Virus record (IMG/VR): IMGVR_UViG_3300021142_002226
Coordinates: 126,178 to 190,177 of that record
DNA length: 64,000 nucleotides
Origin: a virus
Reading direction: 5' to 3' (one strand)
Shown here: one piece after another, positions 20,125 to 28,889 of the stretch
Numbering within the stretch: the stretch's first letter is position 1
Layout: the number at the start of each line of letters is the position of its first letter
Position numbers and translations under genes: made by a program
Notes under the pieces: model-generated
What the model was told of the DNA's origin: nothing
Databases searched by the model: none
The model's input: the letters and a program-made list of their open reading frames with translations, nothing else

Positions 20125-20364
20125 TTAATATTGTACGTATTTGTTTAATAATTCTATTTGTTTTCTTTTTTGTGCAAAGTTTGGATTTTCATCCAAAAAA
20201 ATACCCAATTCATCTTCCGATGCTTTTTCAGCTATTATATCATATTCATCATCGGATATACGATAATAACTTTTAATAACATTATCAAAAGCATCAAAAA
20301 TACCTCCACGACATAAAAGTCCCATATATGAAGGATCTAAATTTCTTCTATTAATTCTACTCAT
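20125..20364 (-). CDS. Hypothetical protein
   Basis: 79-aa ORF in minus-strand operon. Confidence 0.55.
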   Translation of the reverse strand: MSRINRRNLDPSYMGLLCRGGIFDAFDNVIKSYYRISDDEYDIIAEKASEDELGIFLDENPNFAQKRKQIELLNKYVQY

Positions 20365-20587
20365 TTTTATAGATTATAATATGATTATATATGTTTAATA
20401 TATCTAATGTTATTTCAAACGAAGGTTTACGGTTATCTTCATATCGATCCCAATTAATATTTAGTTTTAAAAATGTGATACCGTCTTTTAAAGACCTAAT
20501 AGGTGCTAATAACTGATACTCAAAAAAGTATTTTCTACTTATAGCAAAATATCCGCAAAACCCAATAAATTTTTTACCAAACCTCAT
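20357..20587 (-). CDS. Hypothetical protein
   Basis: 76-aa ORF in minus-strand operon. Confidence 0.5.
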   Translation of the reverse strand: MRFGKKFIGFCGYFAISRKYFFEYQLLAPIRSLKDGITFLKLNINWDRYEDNRKPSFEITLDILNIYNHIIIYKNE

Positions 20588-20596
20588 ATTGTTATA

Positions 20597-20860
20597 TTAT
20601 TCAATATTAAAAGTTATATTACCATCTTCTATTTTGGTTACCACACGTTTTTGATTCACTATCTCACATTCCTGTCCAGCACCGTTAACTAAAGCTTCCT
20701 TTGCCATTTGTTTAAATTCAAGTGCTATTGTATCTAACATCACTTCTAATAAACCCATCGCTCTCATGTCTGACAAATATTCATCAATAAATGTTTGCTG
20801 AAAAGTTAATTGTTTCATTTCTCCCTGTGGAGTTTCGATTTTTTTAATTTGTATTTTCAT
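20597..20860 (-). CDS. Hypothetical protein
   Basis: 87-aa ORF downstream of thyA. Confidence 0.55.
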   Translation of the reverse strand: MKIQIKKIETPQGEMKQLTFQQTFIDEYLSDMRAMGLLEVMLDTIALEFKQMAKEALVNGAGQECEIVNQKRVVTKIEDGNITFNIE

Positions 20861-20865
20861 AAAAT

Positions 20866-22074
20866 TTAATTTGATAATGGCGCTTTAATTGCTGGATGTG
20901 ATTGATAATTTTCTACTCTGAAATCATCAGGATCTAAATGACCAAATAACGATATGTGGTTTGATAAAGATTCAAAAAACGCTGGAGTTTTACCAGTTAT
21001 TAATTTCGGTAATGGATATGGTTCTCTTGTATAATACGGTATTTTAAACGATTCGAAATACTCACTCATACCACCGCCAAACGGCATTAAATCTGAAACA
21101 GCATCTTTATACTTTTCTTCACCCATTGCTGTTTTCAACATTTCTGTTCTTTCTTCTATACTAATTTTTTTACCAATTTGTTCTTTCGCTTGTTCAATGT
21201 GATTCGAATAAAGATGAGTATCACCCAAGTTTCCAATCAATTCATCAGGAACCATGTTAACCATTTTTGCAATTATTTCAAGTAATAAACCATATGAAGC
21301 AATGTTAAATGGTAAACCTAAAAATGTATCCACGCTACGCTGATTCCACATTAATGAAATTGCTCTGGTTGGGATATTATATTTAATATAATCTTCTTCT
21401 GATATTGCAGTCATTTTTCTTTTCTTTGCCGCACATAAATCATATCTCTCATCATCATTTAACTCCCTTGTATAAAATTGGAAAAAGTTATGACATGGAC
21501 GAAGTACCATCTGGTCGAGTTCTCCTACGTTCCATGCTGATACAATTATACCCCTATCATCTGGGTTTGTTTTAAGTTTATTAATTACTTCTGCAATTTG
21601 ATCAATATTGCCATTCCAATTACGCCACTGATGTCCATAGATAGAACCCAAATCACCCCACTTCTTAGCAAAATCATCATCAGTTTTGATTTGGTTGATG
21701 AATTCTACCATTGTCATTAATCTCATGCAATTCTGATTTGGGTCATCTATATGAATATTATAATCTGGCTCTTCCATAGAGCCTGCAATTTTGCAATAAT
21801 TCTTATAAGCGTCACCGTTCCATATATGACAATCGTTTTCTAAGAGATACTCTATTGATGTATCACCTTTTAAAAACCACAATAGTTCGGTTACTACACT
21901 TTTAAAGTGAATTTTCTTTGTGGTGAGCAGTGGAAATTTTCCGTCTTTAAATTTGTACTTAATTTGTCTACCAAAAACACTTAACGTCCCTGTACCAGTC
22001 CTATCTTTTTTCTCCACGCCATTTTCTAAAATGTCTTTTAATAGAGCTTGATAATCTAAATCTAATTGATTCAT
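20866..22074 (-). CDS. thyA: Thymidylate synthase (ThyA) with insertions
   Basis: DRTGTGT, FPLLTTKK, ELLWFLKG, MVLRPCH (catalytic Cys), QRSVDTFLGLPFNIASY, GDTHLYSNH. Confidence 0.96.
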   Translation of the reverse strand: MNQLDLDYQALLKDILENGVEKKDRTGTGTLSVFGRQIKYKFKDGKFPLLTTKKIHFKSVVTELLWFLKGDTSIEYLLENDCHIWNGDAYKNYCKIAGSMEEPDYNIHIDDPNQNCMRLMTMVEFINQIKTDDDFAKKWGDLGSIYGHQWRNWNGNIDQIAEVINKLKTNPDDRGIIVSAWNVGELDQMVLRPCHNFFQFYTRELNDDERYDLCAAKKRKMTAISEEDYIKYNIPTRAISLMWNQRSVDTFLGLPFNIASYGLLLEIIAKMVNMVPDELIGNLGDTHLYSNHIEQAKEQIGKKISIEERTEMLKTAMGEEKYKDAVSDLMPFGGGMSEYFESFKIPYYTREPYPLPKLITGKTPAFFESLSNHISLFGHLDPDDFRVENYQSHPAIKAPLSN

Positions 22075-22295
22075 AATATTATAAATTTAAAATTAATTCC
22101 TTTATTTATTACAGATTCTCTTTTAATAATATTTTTTTCTTTTTCTTTATTAAATGTATATGTTATTATACATCCTTTATTTTTATTATATCTTTTTATA
22201 GTAAGAATACCTTCTGATATTCCTTGATATGTTCCTCTACCAAAAACCTTAATTATTTTCTTTTTCAGTTTACGAGGTAATTTATTTTTATTCAT
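22071..22295 (-). CDS. Hypothetical basic protein
   Basis: 74-aa ORF overlapping thyA start. Confidence 0.45.
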   Translation of the reverse strand: MNKNKLPRKLKKKIIKVFGRGTYQGISEGILTIKRYNKNKGCIITYTFNKEKEKNIIKRESVINKGINFKFIIL

Positions 22296-22298
22296 AAT

Positions 22299-22658
22299 TT
22301 AATATCTTTTTTCTTTCCATTCATCATCTGCTTGATTCTCAAGTTTTGTAACTATTTCATATGCCATTTTTGCTGTTGGTATTTTAACATCGACATTATA
22401 AGCAATTATTCCTATAGAAACAAGTAATAATCTAAAAAGTCTTCGTGGTATTTCTAAAGTTTGTGGCGAATCATATGGAATATTTTGCGCCTCTGGATTA
22501 TTGGATGTGAAGTATAATCCAAAAAAAAATGGTTTAATTATATTTGCTAATTCAATAAACCGTTCTTTAGAAACTCTTTCAAATTCTTTTCTTGATGCGG
22601 AATCTACCCATGTATGAACAGAAGCCCATTCTTCTTTTGTTAATGTTACCTTTATCAT
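22299..22658 (-). CDS. Hypothetical protein
   Basis: 119-aa ORF in operon. Confidence 0.55.
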   Translation of the reverse strand: MIKVTLTKEEWASVHTWVDSASRKEFERVSKERFIELANIIKPFFFGLYFTSNNPEAQNIPYDSPQTLEIPRRLFRLLLVSIGIIAYNVDVKIPTAKMAYEIVTKLENQADDEWKEKRY

Positions 22659-22966
22659 AATTTAATATATTCAATTTTCTTTATATCATTCGGTGGTATA
22701 TAATCTGTAACAAATTCAAAATCTGATTTAATTGGAATACCAGTTGATGTATAAATGTGAGGCTCAACATTATGTGTGTCAATATATATTATAGCAATTT
22801 CTTTCCAATGATTTCTACCTAATTGGGTATCTATTATTTTCCATATGTCATTAGTTAAAAATACTTTTTTATATTTTATACTACCAATTCCTTTTTTATA
22901 ATCTGGTTTTAATCCTTCAATTAAAATATTGGATATATTTTCAGGTTTAGTGATATGATATAACAT
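22655..22966 (-). CDS. Possible ADP-ribosyltransferase-fold (Tpt1/KptA-like) small protein
   Basis: MLYHIT...I..EGLKP...VFLT...IPP..I pattern. Confidence 0.45.
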   Translation of the reverse strand: MLYHITKPENISNILIEGLKPDYKKGIGSIKYKKVFLTNDIWKIIDTQLGRNHWKEIAIIYIDTHNVEPHIYTSTGIPIKSDFEFVTDYIPPNDIKKIEYIKL

Positions 22967-22980
22967 TTATTTATATTTTA

Positions 22981-23229
22981 TTATTGAGATGATAAAGTAC
23001 CTAATTTTTTATATTTGTATTTTGGCATCTTTTTATCTTTAACAAATGATAGCGCCCAACAATCTTTGGTTGTCCAATACCCTTGAGATTTACAAAAGGT
23101 TTTTGCTTCTTCTTCTGATTTGGTATAAGAGTGATATTCATACCCAAAGGCATCACGATTTTCCAATGGGTCGATCCAAGCTTTTAAAATTAAGAAAATA
23201 TCTTCAGTATTATCTAATTTTTTATTCAT
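22981..23229 (-). CDS. Hypothetical protein
   Basis: 82-aa ORF in operon. Confidence 0.55.
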   Translation of the reverse strand: MNKKLDNTEDIFLILKAWIDPLENRDAFGYEYHSYTKSEEEAKTFCKSQGYWTTKDCWALSFVKDKKMPKYKYKKLGTLSSQ

Positions 23230-23231
23230 AA

Positions 23232-23435
23232 TTAAAAGTATATTTTATCTATGTAATAGTTATCATTGTTATATCCATATTTTTCTCTGGCTTCTTGAGC
23301 TTCTTGTTCAGATTTGTATGGTGCAAGTATTACATTATTTATCGCACTACCATGTGCTGGTACCTTTTCATACACAGCATATTGTGGATAATTTTCCTGA
23401 ATAAATGCTTTATAACTTGAATTAACATTGTTCAT
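23232..23435 (-). CDS. Hypothetical protein
   Basis: 67-aa ORF directly after a Bacteroidota-type promoter. Confidence 0.6.
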   Translation of the reverse strand: MNNVNSSYKAFIQENYPQYAVYEKVPAHGSAINNVILAPYKSEQEAQEAREKYGYNNDNYYIDKIYF

Positions 23436-23439
23436 AGAA

Positions 23440-23471
23440 CAAATATACGAAATAATTTTGAATAAAACAAA
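23440..23471 (-). promoter_or_regulatory. Bacteroidota sigma70-type promoter
   Basis: Minus strand TTTG-N20-TATATTTG. Confidence 0.75.
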
Positions 23472-23746
23472 TTAAATTCCGTAATTAGCTCTTTGAGCAT
23501 TAAAGTTTTGTGAAATTTCTGTGGCAGATAAGCCTCTGTTATACATTTGTATTGCACCCATGTAACCTTGATATAGCGCACCACTTCCACTATATCTACC
23601 TAATATACCAAACTTGGGTCAACACCTGACCAATAATCTGTAGTAACAGTTGGGCCATAAGCAATAGTATCGGTACCCAATAAAACATTACCTTTTTTTA
23701 TTGTACCTGTTAAAGAAGTTGCTGAATATTTTACTGCATTACCCAT
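23472..23746 (-). pseudogene. Internally deleted paralogue of the adjacent LamG-domain gene
   Basis: MGNAVKYSATSLTGTIKKGNVLLGTDTIAYGPTVTTDYWSGVDP, then in another frame FGILGRY...MYNRGLSATEISQNFNAQRANYGI*; both ends match 23764..24789. Confidence 0.8.
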
Positions 23747-23763
23747 GTTAATAAATATTAACT

Positions 23764-24789
23764 TTATATACCAAATCTCGACCTCTGAGCATTGAAATTT
23801 TGACTTATTTCTGTTGATGATAATATTCTGTTATATACCTGACATATTGCTATTCTACCAGGAAAAAAATTGGATGTGCCACCACCAGGGCCTCCAAGTC
23901 TTATCAAACCAATACCCAAACTAACACCAGTTGAAGATTGCTCAACAATTGCTGAATTTGATTGGGTTGTTGTGGTCGACCCATTAAGATAAAATATGGC
24001 TGTTTTGGTACTTGTATTCCATGTTACACAAACATAATTCCAAGTATTTAACGTTAATGCTGTACCTGTATCAACTAAATCTTTATTAGCGTGAGGCCAG
24101 AACTGTAATTTATTACTACTGTTTAACCAAAAACCCCATCCCCCATAAGCTGATGATCCTCCGCTACCTGTATTATCATATTCTTTATCAATAATTCCAG
24201 CAACACCACTTGGTGATGATGTGGGATATATCCATGCACACGCTGTTTTATTGGCAACATCCACACCAAGATTATTTGAACCAAAATTTATATAACTTGA
24301 AGCACCATCAAAAGATAAATAACCACCATTACCAGAGTTCCAAGTTGGTGAATTTGTTAAAGTACCAGAAATATTACCTCCAGAAATATCCCACCAAGAA
24401 TTACCATTTTGAGGATATGATTGTATAAAACCTGAATCAATGTTAAAAACAAGTCCGCTTGTTACAATATTTTCATATAATCTATTTGTCACAAGGATAT
24501 TTGATTGCGTTTCAAAATAATTTAACGCACCATTAAATGTTGTTATCCCAGAGCCACCAAGTTGGTTGGCCAAAGTTACAATTTGAGTTGAATCTACATA
24601 ATATATTCTTGGGGCACCAGAAGTCCCAACAAAATAATAAATACAATAATTTGAACCTGGATTAACCGCAGTCCAAAAATCTGTTGTACTTGTTGGCCCA
24701 TACTGAACTTGATTTGCACCAATTGCAACATTATTAGCTCTTAATGCATTCGAGGGTGTTGTTGTTGAATATTTTATACCATTATCCAT
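23764..24789 (-). CDS. LamG/ConA-like domain structural protein (fibre or decoration-like)
   Basis: GLVFNIDSG...SYP..GNSWWDISG, FDG, TACAWI, TWNYVCVTW, FYLNG, YNRILS..EI.QNFNAQRSRFGI. Confidence 0.75.
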   Translation of the reverse strand: MDNGIKYSTTTPSNALRANNVAIGANQVQYGPTSTTDFWTAVNPGSNYCIYYFVGTSGAPRIYYVDSTQIVTLANQLGGSGITTFNGALNYFETQSNILVTNRLYENIVTSGLVFNIDSGFIQSYPQNGNSWWDISGGNISGTLTNSPTWNSGNGGYLSFDGASSYINFGSNNLGVDVANKTACAWIYPTSSPSGVAGIIDKEYDNTGSGGSSAYGGWGFWLNSSNKLQFWPHANKDLVDTGTALTLNTWNYVCVTWNTSTKTAIFYLNGSTTTTQSNSAIVEQSSTGVSLGIGLIRLGGPGGGTSNFFPGRIAICQVYNRILSSTEISQNFNAQRSRFGI

Positions 24790-24828
24790 AAATTATCTTT
24801 ATCTTATGAATAAATATCCATGAAATTA

Positions 24829-25074
24829 TTAAATTACAGCATTCCAAACTGAGGTACCTAATATAGGTAAAATTTCATCATATGTATATACGCCAACTAT
24901 TGTTGTCATATCAGATAAAAATCCTGGAACATCACCATCATACTTCATCAAAACCAAAGTTCCATCAAGTGATTTTCTTATAGTTTCATGACTGTCCTCA
25001 AGAATTTGATTGAAATCAATCTTATCAAGCTCAGAAGCTGAAAATATTACGAAATTTCTATTACTATAATCCAT
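24829..25074 (-). CDS. Hypothetical protein
   Basis: 81-aa ORF upstream of the LamG gene. Confidence 0.6.
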   Translation of the reverse strand: MDYSNRNFVIFSASELDKIDFNQILEDSHETIRKSLDGTLVLMKYDGDVPGFLSDMTTIVGVYTYDEILPILGTSVWNAVI

Positions 25075-25091
25075 ATGTATAAATATCCGTA

Positions 25092-25265
25092 TTATTGGGT
25101 TAATTTATCCAATTCGGATGACAAATCCCTCAATTCCTTTTCAATTTTTGCTTTTTCCAATAAAAGACGATTAAGTTCCTCTTTATCATGTTTACTCAAA
25201 CCGTCCTCATGTTCAAGGATATTATCAATCTGTTGGGTAATTTTTTTTAAAATATCTTTAATCAT
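25092..25265 (-). CDS. Small coiled-coil protein (57 aa, not in the ORF track)
   Basis: MIKDILKKITQQIDNILEHEDG...ELDKLTQ*; fills the gap in the minus-strand operon. Confidence 0.55.
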   Translation of the reverse strand: MIKDILKKITQQIDNILEHEDGLSKHDKEELNRLLLEKAKIEKELRDLSSELDKLTQ

Positions 25266-25266
25266 A

Positions 25267-25746
25267 TTAAATATTATTTAATGTTTTGATTATTTTATTT
25301 TTGATACCATCTTGTTTTATACCGTCATTATCTTTCGAACAAATTACAAAATGGTCGGTTAACCATGTCTTCATATCAAGGTCGTCAATTGCTACCCATG
25401 GTTCATTAATATTATGCACATTTAACCACTGATTGATTTCTTGTGCACGATTAAATTCGAGGGTAGTTGCAACACTATTATTGAATGTACCTGTGAAACC
25501 TATCGGTTGTTTAATCACACCTTGCCAAGAGTACATTTCCCTCATCATAGGTAAAGATAAATCGTATTTCCAATCAGAAGATACAACTATTTCAGCATCA
25601 GGTACTTCTATTAAAATTTCATTTAATATTTGTACACAACCCTTATCAAAATAATCAACATCATATTTGTTTGGTCTTTTCGCTCTTGAACCCCATTGCG
25701 GTTGAAGACACATCACGCCATCATGATCAAGAAATATTAGTTTCAT
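25267..25746 (-). CDS. HAD-family phosphatase (HAD_SAK-like)
   Basis: LIFLDHDGVM, IVVSSDWK, WVAIDD. Confidence 0.8.
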   Translation of the reverse strand: MKLIFLDHDGVMCLQPQWGSRAKRPNKYDVDYFDKGCVQILNEILIEVPDAEIVVSSDWKYDLSLPMMREMYSWQGVIKQPIGFTGTFNNSVATTLEFNRAQEINQWLNVHNINEPWVAIDDLDMKTWLTDHFVICSKDNDGIKQDGIKNKIIKTLNNI

Positions 25747-25982
25747 TTTTTTCTAAATGTAAATTTTTTATTTATATTTTTGTTAAAGTGTTTACCCTGG
25801 CTTTCTGCCATGTCAAACTCCGTAAATGTTTTATGGTCTACATTATCATATTCATAAGTTGAACCATTACTAAACGTAATTTCGAGTAATTTAGACTCAA
25901 TATCATATTGAGCTTTATGAATATTTGAAGAGTCATATTCACATAAGATTTTAGTACCTAAGATAGCTTTTGATTTATTCAT
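25743..25982 (-). CDS. KTSC-domain protein
   Basis: SSNIHKAQYD...LEITFSNGSTYEY..V......F..AES.GK.FN. Confidence 0.85.
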   Translation of the reverse strand: MNKSKAILGTKILCEYDSSNIHKAQYDIESKLLEITFSNGSTYEYDNVDHKTFTEFDMAESQGKHFNKNINKKFTFRKK

Positions 25983-26053
25983 AACAATATTTATTTTATA
26001 TTATTACAAATATACTAAAAAAAGCGGATAAAAACAATTTTTGATAAAAACAT

Positions 26054-26084
26054 TTTGTTGTTTCGGAAATTATTATTACATTTG
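26054..26084 (+). promoter_or_regulatory. Bacteroidota-type promoter for the clpC N-half
   Basis: TTTG(26054)-N19-TACATTTG(26077). Confidence 0.7.
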
Positions 26085-26102
26085 TATAAAATCAAATTAT
26101 AG

Positions 26103-26879
26103 ATGCAAGAAAAAATGAGCAACGAGCTGAGGATAGCTTTTCAAAAGGGTTATAAATCAGCAATAATTTTAAATGATAGTCTAATTAGAATTGAACACGT
26201 TCTGTACGGTATACTCACTACAAACAATATCATCAGTGAAATAATTAGTAAAAAACTTGAGGATTTTGATGTTTTCATAAATGACATTGAAGATCATAAC
26301 AGAAGTATATCGGAAGATATTGACCCAGAATTAAGGACAGAAAAAGTTCTTAATTTCGAAGATTCTCTTAAGGTATTGGTAAAAAAATGTGCCCAAAAAT
26401 CTAATGATGCAATTACAGTCAACACATTTTTTATGAGTTGTTTTGATCTCGATAATCAAATCATCAAAATAATGAACGAATACGGTATAACAAAATCATT
26501 TATGCAAAGAAGACTTAAACAACTAACACCAACTGCCTCTACATTCCCACTCGATGAAAACTTCGAAAAGAGATATGATGGCAATAATTCAAATAGACAA
26601 AAATCTAAAACCCCAGTTTTGGATAACTTCAGTCGTGATTTAACCATTCTTGCAACTGAGGGTAAACTCGATCCTGTAATTGGTAGAGAAGCTGAAGTTG
26701 AACGTGTTGCCCAAATCCTCACCAGACGCAAAAAGAACAACCCAGTTCTTATTGGTGATCCAGGTGTTGGTAAATGCTATATTAAAGAAACTAATATATG
26801 TTTACGAAATGACCTAACTGGTGAAATTTTTAGTATATCAGTCAATGATTTTTTAACATCGCTTACCGATGCCAAGTAA
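26103..26879 (+). CDS. clpC: ClpC-type Hsp100 ATPase, N-terminal half ending in a split-intein N-fragment
   Basis: Clp-N domain (IEHVLYGIL), [44 protein letters not shown]|C. Confidence 0.92.
   Translation: MQEKMSNELRIAFQKGYKSAIILNDSLIRIEHVLYGILTTNNIISEIISKKLEDFDVFINDIEDHNRSISEDIDPELRTEKVLNFEDSLKVLVKKCAQKSNDAITVNTFFMSCFDLDNQIIKIMNEYGITKSFMQRRLKQLTPTASTFPLDENFEKRYDGNNSNRQKSKTPVLDNFSRDLTILATEGKLDPVIGREAEVERVAQILTRRKKNNPVLIGDPGVGKCYIKETNICLRNDLTGEIFSISVNDFLTSLTDAK
26775..26876 (+). mobile_element. Split intein N-fragment (34 aa) of ClpC
   Basis: Cys1 immediately after the Walker A GK: [18 protein letters not shown]...; then stop. Confidence 0.88.
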
Positions 26880-26934
26880 TCTTTTTTTTAAATAATTGAT
26901 TTACTTTCTTAATTTTTATACTATTTATTGTGGT

Positions 26935-28389
26935 ATGAGAATTGTAACAAAAAAAGAAAGTTTTGATTTTAAAGAATATTTTAAAACTGTTAATGATTTA
27001 AAAACATTTATCAAAGAAAATAATGAATTTGTAAATGTTGAAGGTATTGGTGAAAAGATAGGTAAATTATATGATGATTTATCCGAATTAGATATTTCTT
27101 TAAAATCATCGGTTTTACCTGAAAGATTAATTTATTATCTTGGTTTTAAGAATAGGTCAGCATTTAAGTTGGATTTTTGGTTGGAGCGTGGTAATACTAT
27201 AACCGAATTTAATACTTGGTTATTAAAAAGGAGAAATATTGAACCAGTTAAATCTTTGGAATGTGGTAACGTAAATAAATTCGAATACGGTGAGTTTAAA
27301 TTTACGTTTGATGGTAGACCAGTTTGTAATTTATGTAAATCCGATTTAACATTTGATGTTTTAACCGATAGGTATGTGATAAAAAATTGTCAAAATGATG
27401 GTTGTCCAACACACAAAAATCAAGATCAATACTTCATAAGGCAACTGGCTTATTTGCCTATTGATATTTTTAAAAATAAAAATAAGAGAACTAACATAGA
27501 ATCGAGGATTCATCCTTATTTTTGGTTGTTGTCTGGTTTAACTTATGATGAGTCGTTGAAAAAATGTGAAGAGATAAAAACCACACTTAAAAATAAAATA
27601 AAGGGGTCAGATGAATATTATAAGATTTTATTTGGTTTGACTGATGAAATGGCTTTAGATAGGGCTTTAGCACCAACTCAAATTAGGTTTTGGGTTAATA
27701 GGGGTTTTTCGGAGGAGGATGCTAAGATCAAAGTGTCTGAAAACCAAAAGAATGCGGCTAAATCTGTTGATTTTGAGAAACGGTTATTACCATCAAATAT
27801 TGAGTATTGGATTAAAAGGGGTTTAACGGAAGATGACGCTAAGGTTGAAGTATCTAATCATCAGAGGACGTTTACACTTCAAAAATGTATTGATAAACAT
27901 GGTGAAGGAACTGGTAACCTTATCTATACTAAACGACAAGTTAAGTGGCAAACTTCATTAATTGAAAATGGGAATTTAAAATGTGGGTTTTCAAGAATAT
28001 CACAAGAATTATTTTATCGACTATTAGACGAATATTCATTTAAAGAAAAAATTGACGTTTTTTTTGCTACAAAAAATAAAGAATATTTTATATCTTTAAA
28101 GGGTGGTGAATTTTATCAATATGATTTTGTTGATAGGAATAAAATGAAAATTATCGAATTTAACGGTGACTGTTATCATGCAAACCCAATTAAATATAAT
28201 GAAAATGATAAGCCCAATCCGTTTAGACAAAACCTAACAGCATCAGATATATGGGCTAAAGATAAAAGAAAAACGGAAGTTGCTATTGAAAACGGTTTTC
28301 AGCTCTTAACAATATGGGAATCGGAGTATAAAAAGAATAAAGAGTTAACAATAAAAAAATGTTTGGATTTTTTGGAAATCCGAGAATAA
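26935..28389 (+). CDS. Free-standing homing endonuclease (Vsr-like C-terminal domain) between the clpC halves (start revised)
   Basis: Repeated (F/Y)WxxRG(F/L)xEEDAK units; C-terminal YDFVD...IIEFNGDCYHAN...D..K...A..NGF..LTIWE. Confidence 0.82.
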   Translation: MRIVTKKESFDFKEYFKTVNDLKTFIKENNEFVNVEGIGEKIGKLYDDLSELDISLKSSVLPERLIYYLGFKNRSAFKLDFWLERGNTITEFNTWLLKRRNIEPVKSLECGNVNKFEYGEFKFTFDGRPVCNLCKSDLTFDVLTDRYVIKNCQNDGCPTHKNQDQYFIRQLAYLPIDIFKNKNKRTNIESRIHPYFWLLSGLTYDESLKKCEEIKTTLKNKIKGSDEYYKILFGLTDEMALDRALAPTQIRFWVNRGFSEEDAKIKVSENQKNAAKSVDFEKRLLPSNIEYWIKRGLTEDDAKVEVSNHQRTFTLQKCIDKHGEGTGNLIYTKRQVKWQTSLIENGNLKCGFSRISQELFYRLLDEYSFKEKIDVFFATKNKEYFISLKGGEFYQYDFVDRNKMKIIEFNGDCYHANPIKYNENDKPNPFRQNLTASDIWAKDKRKTEVAIENGFQLLTIWESEYKKNKELTIKKCLDFLEIRE

Positions 28390-28402
28390 ATAACTAAATT
28401 TG
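28371..28402 (+). promoter_or_regulatory. Bacteroidota-type promoter for the clpC C-half, overlapping the endonuclease 3' end
   Basis: TTTG(28371)-N20-TAAATTTG(28395). Confidence 0.6.
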
Positions 28403-28409
28403 CAAAAAA

Positions 28410-28889
28410 ATGACAATGAATTACTACGAATTTTATGAACAAGAGTCGTTGGCTCAGTTAGATAAGGATTACCCAAATGAAGAGGGGCATAAAAAATTCA
28501 CCAAAACTTGGAATATCGAAAATTTTAGTGTTTTAACGGACAATGGATTTCAAAAAATTGATAAACTACATGAAACAATATCGTACAATGTTTATCATTT
28601 AATATTGGATAATGGATTTGAACTTAAATGCGCTGATAACCATATTGTTATGTTACCTCGTATGGTTAACATGGTAAGACAACTCGATAATATGAGTGAA
28701 TCGACAGAACCTATTGAATGTTATGTTAAAAATTTGAAACCAGGTGACTTAGTTCATACTAATGATGATATTGGTTGTGCCTCTGTTGTATCCGTAACCA
28801 ATCTTGGATATCAAGAGAATATGTATGATTTGCAATTATCAGACGATTCTAACCACAGATATTACACTAATGGTATATTGAGCCATAAT
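28410..28889 (+). mobile_element. Split intein C-fragment (about 160 aa) of ClpC
   Basis: VLTDNGF, CADNHIV (block B), MYDLQL...[10 protein letters not shown]|T; splicing restores Walker A GDPGVGK-T. Confidence 0.88.

Noticed and set aside
23472-24789. Diversity-generating retroelement acting on the lectin genes
   Set aside because: No reverse transcriptase, and no template/variable repeat pair differing only at adenines.
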